From contig OX597817.1 in assembly GCA_951406725.2 (NCBI GenBank), forward strand, positions 92,876,001 through 92,940,000: 64,000 bases of DNA. The letters run 5' to 3'. This document shows positions 25,770 to 37,300 of the stretch, piece after piece; the first letter of the stretch is position 1; every line of letters starts with the position of its first letter. The notes beneath the pieces were generated by a model that worked only from the letters and a program-made list of their open reading frames with translations, made no database searches and was not told the DNA's origin. Both the position numbers and the translations under genes were made by a program. This DNA comes from Octopus vulgaris. Its lineage: Eukaryota.

Positions 25770-26000
25770 GTGTGTGTGTGTATGTATGTATATGTTTGCG
25801 TGTGTGTTTGTCTCCCCATCATCGCTTGACAACCGATGTTGGTGTGTTTACGTACCCGTAATTTAGAGGTCCGGAAAAAGAGACCGATAGAATAAGTACT
25901 GGGTTAACAAAGAATAATTCCAGGGGTCGATTTGTTCGACTAAAGGCGGTGCTCCAGCATGGCCGCAGTCAAATGACGGAAACAAGTAAAATAGTAAGAG
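25770..26000 (+). mobile_element. SINE 3' half
   Basis: GCTTGACAACCGATG..GATAGAATAAGTAC..AAAGGCGGTGCTCCAGCATGGCCGCAGTC..AAACAAGTAAAA. Confidence 0.75.
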
Positions 26001-26803
26001 TATTGATATTTTGCTACTTCAATGTTTTGAGTCACTATATAATGAACTGCTGGTTTACGTACATATGTATTTGTGGAGAATATATTATGCTTTCAGCCTG
26101 GTTCTATGTGTTCATAGAAATATGAAAAATGTAATAATTATTGAGAAAGAATGAAAAATTAAACTAGCAACAAATTTAATGGAATAATTTGTTAATCTGT
26201 CTCTGGGTAGACATTTAGATGAACGATTATCTACAAATTGACTGAAATTGGTGTAGAGATTAAAACCGGAGCGTACGATACAAATCATGTAGGTGTTATG
26301 AAAATTGTCAGGAAGAAAATATATCCTAGATTTCTGTATCTGAAGATGGTATTAGGCACAATTAATGTTGGTATAAAAGTGTACTGTTAGAAAAATATAA
26401 GAAGGCAAAAACTCCTTAAACTGGAAAATACATTTTTGACTTACATGTGGAAAGGCATGTGAATCTAAACTAACTTTGGGTTGGGCGTGGACATTTAATG
26501 TTCAGAAAATATAGCAAAAAGCTTTTCTCAAGAAAGCCTGGACGGAGTCATTGCATATTTGGTATCAATTACCGCTTTAGTGTTTGTGAACACATTAGCT
26601 AGCATGTGAGGTTAACATATTCATTACTGAATCAGCTTGTAAATCATTTCAGTTATTATAATGACAATGAAAAGAATCCACCCATTTTTTAAATAGTTTT
26701 ATCTTAGGAGGAACATTTGTTATTTTTAAATACTGATGTAAATGATTTAGGTAAAACAATTATTTTTCTTTAATTTATGCAATTGATCACATTTATTAAG
26801 TAT

Positions 26804-26811
26804 TATATAAA
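26804..26811 (+). promoter_or_regulatory. TATA box of the intact Cys-rich gene (paralog B)
   Basis: TATATAAA about 110 bp upstream of ATG; equivalent boxes are present in both other paralogs. Confidence 0.65.
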
Positions 26812-26915
26812 GAGCTCTTCTAAGACGTTTGTCAAACTTGTCCTTGTTTCGGAAAACAACCGTCATCAATCTCTCAGGAGCTGAAAGAAAGCATAAAGCA
26901 ACTGACCATCACATC

Positions 26916-26973
26916 ATGCTGTACCAACTGTTACTAGTAATAGTAGCTATTTCATGCGTGAACAGCTACAAAT
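26916..26973 (+). CDS. Paralog B exon 1: signal peptide MLYQLLLVIVAISCVNSYK
   Basis: ATG in ATCATGC context, hydrophobic core, GTAAGT donor at 26974. Phase 1 matches the acceptor at 28381 (T+AC = Tyr). Confidence 0.88.
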
Positions 26974-27429
26974 GTAAGTAAATTATACTGTTCCACATTG
27001 TTCATTTCTGGCACTTTCTGGTTAGTTATTTAGTTAAATCTATAAACGATTGTGTTATTAAAATTCATTTAAACATTACATATATATATACATATATTTG
27101 TGTGTGTGTATGTGTGTGTATATAAAATTAAGAAAGAGAGAAGTAAATTTCAAAGGTTTTTATTCATATTCATTCAATCCATTTCAAATTGTCTAAATTC
27201 TCCACAATATACATAGATGCATTCATATATATGAGAAATGGTAAAAATTCATAAGAATTTATAAATATATAAATATACGAAGATTTATAAATATATAAAA
27301 ACTCATAAACATATGAATATATAAATACATAAATGTACTTGCGAGATTGATTGTCCGTATTAGAATCAATGAGGAGGGTAGATGAGAAAGTATAAAATGA
27401 TTTAAGAGGAATCCTGAATAAGTGAAAAG

Positions 27430-27515
27430 TCTAACGGGCGTTTCGGGAAGATATAGGTTGGTATGGGCGAGCAAACTCCAACCATAGCAATTATCTATAC
27501 TTCTTTCATCAGAGT
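27430..27515 (-). ncRNA. Degenerate hammerhead motif with long stem II, antisense within intron 1
   Basis: Minus strand CTGATGA..GAAG/TATAG/GGTTGG pairs with CCAACC/CTATA/CTTC, then GAAAC-GCCC-GTT; stem I is weak. Confidence 0.4.
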
Positions 27516-28102
27516 TAAAAGATTTAAAGATTTGTTAAAATTTTAAGAAACTTGAAAGATTTGAGAATTTTAAAAACATCAATGCTTTGTTGGGCCATAG
27601 TGTTCGTTGGATGATGTAATTAGGATTAAAGTTACATGTTAAGATACATTACCACACTATATATAATAGCATTCTAAGATGAATCCAAAATATGAAGGGT
27701 GACTAGATTAAAATCCTATAGGCTAATTATTTTGGGGGAAGAATTTATAAGTTGAAAGATATTCATGTCTACAGGTAATTATAACATCAGATATCTTATT
27801 GAATAAGTTTTACTGTGCAATAGACGGGATGGTTATTTTTAAGTTTTCATTCTCTAAGAGAAATAGTGAAAAAGAAAACAACTAGTGGCAATTGATACAG
27901 ATACTGACTGAGTAGTATGTGTGTGTGTGTGTGTGTATGTATGTGCGCGCGTGTGTGTGCATGTGTGTGTTATTTTGAAAAAATTAATAATTAAATGCTT
28001 AGAAATCTTTAGTACCAAAAACAGAAAGAGGGCGTACTGGATTCCGTCATTAAGACATATAAAATTTAAAGAATAACTGAAATAAAAATGTATGTATGTA
28101 TG

Positions 28103-28136
<34 letters not shown>

Positions 28137-28381
28137 TGCATGTATGTATGTATGCATGCATGCATGCATGCATGTATGTATGTATGTATGTATGTATGTA
28201 TGTATGTATGTATGCATGCATGCATGTATGCATGTATGTATGTATGTATGTATGTATGTATGTATGTATGTATGGGTGTAAGTATATGAGAAATTACGTT
28301 GGAATATAAATATTCAATTTGCAGTAGATAACATTGTTGTGGTTAATTGAAATAACTATTAATTGTTGCCCTTCTTTACAG

Positions 28382-30198
28382 ACGAATGCATACATAATGG
28401 AATAAGATATGAAGGAGCATTTAATATCGACTGCAACACGTGTGTATGTGGTGAATATGGCAAAGCAGTCTGTACAAATTTGCGTTGTGATTACGGGCAG
28501 GAATCTACTTGTATCTATCAAGGTAGACGTTACAGAGTAGGAGAGACATTCCAGCAATCCTGTAATACATGTGAATGCAAACACGGTGGTCAGGTACAAT
28601 GTAGCAACAAAGACTGCCCTAAACAATGTACTTACAACGGAAAGGTATACCAAGAGGGTGAAGAATTCCAAGACAAATGTAATAGATGTAAATGTCTTTC
28701 TTCTGGCTATATTCAGTGTACTAATAACGTGTGTCAGTGCCAGTATAATGGTAAAGACTACGACGTTGGAGTGAGTTTCAATGATGGTTGTAAGACTTGC
28801 ACCTGTCAAACTACAGGAACAGTGCAGTGTAACAGTGATAGATGTGGCTGTTATTACAAAAATTCACAATATCAAGAGGGTCAAACTTTCACTGACGCTT
28901 GCAACACTTGCCGTTGTATAAACGGACAAGTAGATTGTACAACAAGAGTCTGTCAATGTACTTACCAAGGACGGACCTATAATATTGGCCAAAGATTTGG
29001 TGAATGTGATGAATGTCAATGTTTGTTTAGTGGTACAGTCCAGTGTTCTAACAAGCGATGCAAATGCATTTATAACGGAAATACCTACCGAATTGGTGAA
29101 ACATTTTCAAACGGCTGCAATACATGCACATGTAAAATCGATGGTAGTGTAGACTGCACTACAAATCCATGTACCTGTACATACAAACACAAGGTTTATA
29201 ATATGGGACAGACATTCACTGATGACTGCAATAATTGTACATGTCAGCATAACGGACAAGTAGAGTGCACATATAGAACGTGCAAATGTAGTTATAACAA
29301 CCAGATTTATAATATAGGTCAAACATTTAGAAAGGGCTGTAATACGTGCACATGCCAAGCCGATGGCACCGTAGACTGCACTACAAATCCATGTACCTGT
29401 ACTTACAATCATAAAGTTTATAATATCGGACAGGCATTCACTGATGACTGTAACATTTGTACATGTCAGCATAACGGACAAGTAGACTGCACATATAAAA
29501 CGTGTCGATGTACACGGAAAGAACAGTCTTATAAAATTGGTCAGATATTTCACGAAGATTGTAACCAATGCCAATGTTTATCAACTGGATATGTTCAATG
29601 TACAACCAAAGTTTGCAAATGTACTTACAACAACAAGCTTTATAATGTAGGTCAAACATTTAGACAAGGTTGTAATACATGTACGTGTGAAGTGAACGGT
29701 AGAGTCAGCTGTACTAATAACCCTTGTAATTGCTTTTACAATGGAAACACCTACAGAATAGGGGATTCATTTAGAAAGGATTGTAACACGTGCACATGCA
29801 AAGCCGATGGTACTGTAGACTGCACTACAAATCTATGTACCTGCAATTACAACGGCAAGCATTACGACATTGGTTCTATATGGTATAATGATTGCAACAA
29901 ATGTCAGTGCACTTCTGAGGGAAGGGTGGTTTGTGAGCAGAAAACATGCACGAAACCCTGTATACACAAAGGAAAAACCTATTCTGCTGGCGAAACATTT
30001 AAAGATGACTGCAACACCTGTACATGCGGACAGTTTGGTCAAGTATCCTGTACTAAAATGTACTGTCCACCAACTACATGCCAATATTATGGGAAAACTA
30101 TCCCAGATGGAAAAACATTTATGACTCAAGATAGATGCAATGTTTGTCGATGTTCAAATGGAAATGTCAGGTGTACCAAATACGATTGTTATAAAGAG
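28382..30198 (+). CDS. Paralog B exon 2: 16 tandem six-Cys pacifastin/VWC-like modules
   Basis: Open 1817-nt exon with TTCTTTACAG acceptor and GAG|GTGAGT donor; repeat C-x-Y-N-G-x2-Y-x2-G-x2-F-x3-C-N-x-C-x-C-x3-G-x-V-x-C-T-x3-C. Confidence 0.93.
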
Positions 30199-30849
30199 GT
30201 GAGTAAAGTTTTCTATTAGTTTTGATCTCCCTAATATAACGTGTCTCATCCTTATATAGTTAGTCATTGTAAACAGAGAAAACAACAAAGAATTGAATAA
30301 TGTTTAGCATAAACATTGCAATGCTCTCACTGTACTACACTCTACTACATTGTCGTACAAACAAAATTGTATCAGCGATTCGATTTCTGTCTTTATTTGA
30401 AGTAGTTCAATTTCATTGACCCTACCATTATCTTGAAGAAAGCCAATGTTCTCTTCATTGTAAACACGAGATTTTGTATATCTGCATATATTTCATTATC
30501 TATATGAAAATTATTAACTTTCAATGTTTCAACTAACTTTATTGCTACTCTTGTGAAATCAACAGACTAGCTTTCACATTGGATCATCATTGTAAGTAGC
30601 ATTGCGATACAGAATTGTAAATTTTACTATATATTATCTCACGTTTCAGAATATAGTTCATGAGTTAAGCTTTTCTGCGCCTGGTGAAATATCCATACTT
30701 TGTTGTAAAAGAATGTGATATATACATCTAATCTAATATACGCATTTTGAAATATAAATCCAACTTGATACTTAGGCAATGTTATTGTTTTTAATTTGTA
30801 TGTCCAATCTAATAAATATATTGATTTCTTGTAATTTTATTCTTTTCAG

Positions 30850-30864
30850 AGGCGACGTTACTGA
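30850..30864 (+). CDS. Paralog B exon 3 (RRRY-stop), followed by AATAAA at ~30930
   Basis: TTCTTTTCAG|AGG CGA CGT TAC TGA in phase 0; conserved in the duplicated copy at 32642. Confidence 0.72.
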   Translation, partial: RRRY

Positions 30865-31144
30865 TGAAGAACAGTTAATTTATATTGATATTTTTAAGAA
30901 TTGTAAATATTACAAACATAACGTTTTTAAATAAAACATATATCTGCCGAACCTTTTTGTTTGATTTATAACTGTAAACTTCTTCAATACCATTTTAGAT
31001 AATCGAGTTATCTATTTGAAGATCTGTGATGAAAAGCATTTCAGTACTTCAATATTTGAATGATTTGTTGTTAACTACTTTTGTTTTATTGACCCGGAAA
31101 TGACGAATAACAGAGTTGGTCAAATTACTTCAGAATTACTCTTT

Positions 31145-31348
31145 CACTCTTTTACTTGTTTCAGTCATTTGACTGTAGCCATGCTGGAGCACCGCCTTTA
31201 AGCCGAGCAGATCCACCCGAGGACTTATTCTTTGTAAGCCTAGTACTTATTCTATCGGTCTCTTTTGCTGAACTGCTAAGTTACGGAGCCGTAAACACAC
31301 CAGTATCGGTTGTCAAGCGATGTTGGGTGGACAAATACAGACACACAA

Positions 31349-31443
<95 letters not shown>

Positions 31444-31590
31444 TATATATGACGGGGCTTATTTCAGTTTCCGTCTACCAAATCCACTCACATGGTTTTG
31501 ATCGGTGTCCAAGGTGCTACGCAGTGGGACTGAACCCGGAACCATGTGGTTGGTGTAAACCAGGTGCTTACCACACAGCCACTCCTTACA
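31145..31590 (-). mobile_element. tRNA-derived SINE, near full-length
   Basis: Minus-strand head GGAGTGGCTGTGTGGTAAG..GGTTCCGGGTTCAGTCCCAC; internal (TA)n; tail GACTGAAACAAGTAAAAGAG. Confidence 0.8.
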
Positions 31591-31918
31591 TTTTCTATAG
31601 TTAGAAAAATTCAAGTCATGTGCTAGCGAATAAGAAATGACCCTCATGTCTGAGGGTTGTTGTCATATCTCATCATGGAATGCATCTTACACTCGACCAC
31701 AGTTGCTATTTATGCCTGTTAAGCTTCTACATGTGTTTCGGGAGACTACACAAACAAAGCTGCTTATAGGTATATCAGTATGCAGAAGCATATTCTGATA
31801 TAATGTATCGTGTTTAGTTAAACCACCTCTGGACTGGCAAACATTTCCACATCCTATTGTATGTCACGCAATGTATAATTTTGAACATACAATAGTCGTC
31901 TTCTTTTCGAATTTGTTG

Positions 31919-32860
31919 ATGACTCAAGATAGATGCAATGTTTGTCGATGTTTAAATGGAAAATGTCAAGTGTACCAAGTATGATTGTTATAGACAGGTG
32001 AGTAAAGTTTTCTATTAGTTGTAATATCTCTAATATAACGAGTCTTGTCCCGATATAATTACGCATCATAAACAGAAAAAAAAAACAAGAAGGAATTAAG
32101 TAATGTATAGCATAAGATCTGGAATGCTGTCACTGTACTATATTTATGCAACCAACAAAATGGTATCAGTGATTCGATTACGATCTTCATTTGAACTCGT
32201 TCATTTTATTGACATTACCATTATCATGAAGATATCCAATGTCCCCTTATTTATAAACATCAGATTTTTGTATATATGCGTATATTTATTAATTCATATG
32301 GAAGTAAATTATTAACTTTCAATATTTAAACTTACTTCGTTACTCTTTTTGTGAAACCAGTAGACTATCTTTCACATTACGTTACCATTGCGATACAGAT
32401 TTGCAAAATTTACTATATATTGTCTCACGTTTCAGAATATAGTTCGTGAGCGAATGATTTGGAAATTTTCTGTTTATTATTGCTCTTGGTGAAATATCTA
32501 TACTTTGTTGTATGATAATGTGGAATTTATTGAATCTAATATACACTTTTTTAAATAGAAATTCCACGTTTAAATGTTATATAAGATATTTATGTTCAAT
32601 CTGATAAATATATTAATTTCTTGTAATTATATTCCTTTCAGAAGCGACGTTACAGATGAAAGACCGTTAATTTATTTCGATAATTTTGATAATTGTAAAT
32701 ATTACAGAGTTTAAAATAAAACATTTACTTGCCACACATTTTTGTTTGATTTATAATTGTAAAATTCTTCAAACGATTTTAGATAATGAAGTTATCTATA
32801 TGAATATCTGAGATGAAAAGTATTTCAATATTTCAATATCTGAATGATCTGTGCCAAACA
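31919..32860 (+). pseudogene. Duplicated 3' end of the gene (end of exon 2 with frameshift, intron 2, terminal exon KRRYR-stop at 32642-32659, AATAAA at 32715)
   Basis: Collinear with about 30121-31070; extra A in GGAAAATGTC. Confidence 0.85.
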
Positions 32861-33304
32861 TTATATTCTGCATCTTATATAAACATAAATAATGTTTTTT
32901 TTAAAATTCTGGTACAAGGCCAGTAATGTTGAGGGGAGGGGAAAATTGATTATACAGACCCCAATATTTGACCCTGAAAACACGAAAAGTAATTTGGTCA
33001 ACTTATTTCTGAATTGTTGAAAGAATTTTATATTCAATATTTCGAAAATTGCAAACCAGGAGCTAATGAATGTGAAAAAGGAATATCGATAACAACGACA
33101 CGGCAAAACTTTCATGACAAACTTTGCAGAGTAAGAAACATTGACTTTCAATATTTAAACTTACTTAGAAATCACAAGCATGATTAAAAGTGGAGCCTGT
33201 CATGTTTTCAATAATTCGAGCTGCCCACAATACACGCACACACAAACAAACAGATACACACGTTTCATATACACGCGTGTGTATATATTAGTATGAATTT
33301 GTGT

Positions 33305-33349
<45 letters not shown>

Positions 33350-33482
33350 TCATAGATACGTGCAACTTAACATTAAGAAATATTTCTAGTTTATGCTGGC
33401 AAACTTATGCATACATGCATAGAAACAAATATACCTAAGTAAATACTCATTTACATGTAGGCATGTATATATATATATATGC

Positions 33483-33541
<59 letters not shown>

Positions 33542-33654
33542 TGTATATATATATATATATATATATATGCATGTAAAATCTTTATAAGAATTTATCAAGT
33601 CGTCAGCGTGAAAACCTCAAAAGAGAAAAATTTATAACTATTCCCTTTTAATAT

Positions 33655-33820
33655 ATTTATTTATATTAAGGGCATTACTACACGTAAATTCCTCGCGCTA
33701 TTAGGGAACCTTAAACTCAAAACTACCATAATAAATATATATTTATTATGGTAGTTTTGACTTTAAGAGTCCCTTATAGCGCGAGGTATTTACGTGTAGT
33801 AATGCCCTTAATATAAATAT
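33655..33820. repeat. ~160-bp near-perfect palindrome
   Basis: TATATTAAGGGCATTACTACACGTAAAT...ATTTACGTGTAGTAATGCCCTTAATATA, centred near 33738. Confidence 0.9.
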
Positions 33821-33959
33821 ATACATGTGTGTGCGTGCGCGCGCGCGCGTGCGTGTATGTATGTATTCCCGATTTAGGTTAGCTGTCACATATTTCAACT
33901 GCTAAAGGCAAATACACTGTAGTTACTGTGGAGAAAAAATCGCTGTTCGTTCAGTGTCG

Positions 33960-34054
33960 CTCGCTCTCTCTCTCCCTCTCTCTCTCTCTCTCTCCCTCTC
34001 TCACTCTCTTTCTCTCTCTCTCACTCTCTCTCTCTCTTTCTTTCTCTCTCTCCC

Positions 34055-34085
<31 letters not shown>

Positions 34086-34134
34086 CCCTCTCTCACTCTC
34101 TTTCTCTCTCTCTCCCTCTCTCTCTCTCTTTCTT

Positions 34135-34188
<54 letters not shown>
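33960..34188. repeat. (CT)n microsatellite
   Basis: Directly visible. Confidence 0.95.
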
Positions 34189-34190
<2 letters not shown>

Positions 34191-34344
34191 AATCTGGGGC
34201 ATCGATGTTTCGAGTTTGTTGACTCTTGTCGATGAGATGTACCTGAGATGGATCCTTATGATAATAACTTACATAGAAAAGGATGGTAAAGGATATTACA
34301 AACAAATGATGTGATTATGAGTTGATATTAGATGATGTATATAG

Positions 34345-37300
34345 TAATTTAAAATTGTTTGTACCTTTTAGACCAGCAACTACACCATTCTTTTACCAAG
34401 AATAAGATTAAGTAGGGTAAATCACACCCAACCTCCTTGCTACATCCTTCCATCTTTTCCCGAATATACTTCGCGATAGGTGTCTCCTCTCCAGCTCTGT
34501 CTTGCTCTTCAGAGGATATCTGAAATAATACAACAACCCAGGGCCTGAGATACAAGTTTCCGTCGTGACTCCTATCTTTCTAGTTCTCCATACATTCTCT
34601 TTCAACACTGCGACTGTACACAATAAACATGTCCCCTTTCCTTTCATGGTCCGGGTGGAGGTACGGTTTAATCGTCCTGCCCGCACCTTGGGCATGCTTG
34701 GATAATTTTTCGCGAACAGGTAACGCGTTCCTATAACACTGCCAGGTCAGGGATTTTGCTAGTTATCCAAGTACCCCGGCCTGAAAGTTCCTGGGACAGG
34801 TTCTCATCGAGCTCCAGAGCTCCTCCTAGGACGTCATCACTCTTAAACTCCACCAGTCCTTTAAAAAATACCGAGGTGGTATTCCTCTGCCGGCTTTGTC
34901 TGCCTTGTGGATTAGCGCCAGTGGCTGTCGGCACTCCTTTTGCTATTCAGTCATATTACCTGAGATGGATCCTTATGATAATAACTTACATAGAAAAGGA
35001 TGGTAAAGGATATTACAAACAAATGATGTGATTATGAGTTGATATTAGATGATGTATATAGTAATTTAAAATTGTTTGTACCTTTTAGACCACAGCTACC
35101 CACCATCCAGGTAGAGCCAGAGATGCCTTAGCCTCAGTGAATGCCTGCACACCGTTATCCACGGCATCCCTAACCCACCCTTTAACGGTTCTTGGCTTTC
35201 CTTCCCTCCACAACAAGCGGAACAATACAACAACCCAGGGCCTGAGATACAAGTTTCCGTCGTGACTCCTATCTTTCTAGTTCTCCATACATTCTCTTTC
35301 AACACTGCGACTGTACACAATAAACATGTCCCCTTTCCTTTCATGGTCCGGGTGGAGGTACGGTTTAATCGTCCTGCCCGCACCTTGGGCATGCTTGGAT
35401 AATTTTTCGCGAACAGGTAACGCGTTCCTATAACACTGCCAGGTCAGGGATTTTGCTAGTTATCCAAGTACCCCGGCCTGAAAGTTCCCTGGGACAGGTT
35501 CTCATCGAGCTCCAGAGCTCCTCCTAGGACGTCATCACTCTTAAACTCCACCAGTCCTTTAAAAAATACCGAGGTGGTATTCCCTCTGCCGGCTTTGTCT
35601 GCCTTGTGGATTAGCGCCAGTGGCTGTCGGCACTCCTTTTGCTATTCAGTCATATTACGTCTTTTAATCAAATCGGGTGTAAATTCCTCCAAGGTGGCCG
35701 GTCGTGGAAAGAATTCTTCCGCTAGCGAATTCCACAGCTACCCACCATCCAGGTAGAGCCAGAGATGCCTTAGCCTCAGTGAATGCCTGCACACCGTTAT
35801 CCACGGCATCCCTAACCCACCCTTTAACGGTTCTTGGCTTTCCTTCCCTCCACAACAAGCGGAAGAGAAGGCGTGCCAAATTGCTTAGCCACGAATCAAT
35901 GCAAGTGACAACGGTTACACGGTAGTTGATAACAGATTCAATAAACACCTGCAACACCTCCGCCCTCCCTTCCAGGGACAGCTCCCTTCCAGACTAGATC
36001 TGGACTAAGGCCTCCACTCTGCCTGTCACCTCGCTCCAATTCTTCTCCGTCTGGGAATCTTGTCCGAACCAGACTACAAGCAACTTGACAGGACCATATA
36101 TCCAGTGCCCCTCGACACTGGATGCTATCGTCTTGACGCAACAGGTGCCGAGCCGCAAGCCAATGGACTTGTCTTTGTTAACTTTTGTCCCTGCCACCAC
36201 CTCGTATCCTTTGATTGCATCCTCTACACAATGTAGCTGAGCTTCATTTGACAGGGACGGTCATGGTGACGTCATCCGCATATACAGAAACAGACTTACC
36301 ATATCCGATTTCATTCGGTATACCACCCAAACTCTCCAACCTCCGCAGCAATGGCTCAAGAGCCAGTACATACAGAAGCGAAGACAGGGGCCTCCTTTGA
36401 CGAACCGAGCGCTTGATCTGAAACTGCACCGACAGGTAACCGTTTATCTGGACTGTGGATTTGATGCCGCCATAAATGGCAATGATCCAACTGCGGAAGT
36501 CCGAGGACAGCCCAGCCGCCTCAAGGACCGCCGCCTGGTACTGGTGATCTACTCTATCAAAAACTTTACTTTGGTCTAAATGGATAATTTATCGGATAAT
36601 TTACCAACCCTGTCTAAAGTGTAGTGTAAGAGATGAAGATTTCCTGGATCGACCTACCTAGGATGGCGCATGTCTGCGCCTTCCCTACAAGTTTCTCCAC
36701 GACATGTGTCAACCGTTTTTTGCTAGCACCTTGGCCAAAATCTTTAACTCTACATTAAGTAGAGTTATGGGCTTGAAATTATTAGTATGGTCCCCCTTGC
36801 TCCGATCTTTTCTGATCAGCTTCACCCTCCCCGATTCACAGAACTGGGAATTCTCCCATTCTGCTGCCAGTTTTTGCAGACGCAGCGCAACATGTGTCTG
36901 AACAAGTCAGGTATGCTACGATAAAATTCATAGGGCAGACTATCTAGCCCCGGCGACTTGTCCCCGGTGCACTCAGCTAGCACCTCTTCAACCTCAGCAT
37001 CTGTAATCGGTCCTTCACAGCATTCCGCCTCCCGTGCCGACAGTCGCAGTCCACCGGCAAGGAAGTCCTTTTGGGACTCCCCACGATCCAGTGCATCGCT
37101 CTCCCCAAATAACCGGGCGAAACGCTGACGAAAAGCCTTTTGCATCTCCTCCTGTCCTTCAATCGTACGCCCATGCTCGTCCGTTAAAGACTTTATAGAG
37201 ACTTCTCTGCCTCTCCGACTCTCCATACGACGTGCCCATCCGGAAACGTTAATATCCTTGCTCCTCGCCGCACGTAACTTAGCCCTGACTCTACACCCTT

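Noticed and set aside
28363-28381. ORF-track start MLPFFT for the Cys-rich protein and read-through VSKVFY at its end
   Set aside because: These are intron sequence (polypyrimidine tract/acceptor and donor); the true start is in exon 1 at 26916.
28294-30129. Antisense ORFs overlapping exon 2
   Set aside because: By-products of the sense-strand coding bias; no independent motifs.
33928-34314. SL/ER-repeat ORFs
   Set aside because: Translations of the (CT)n tract.
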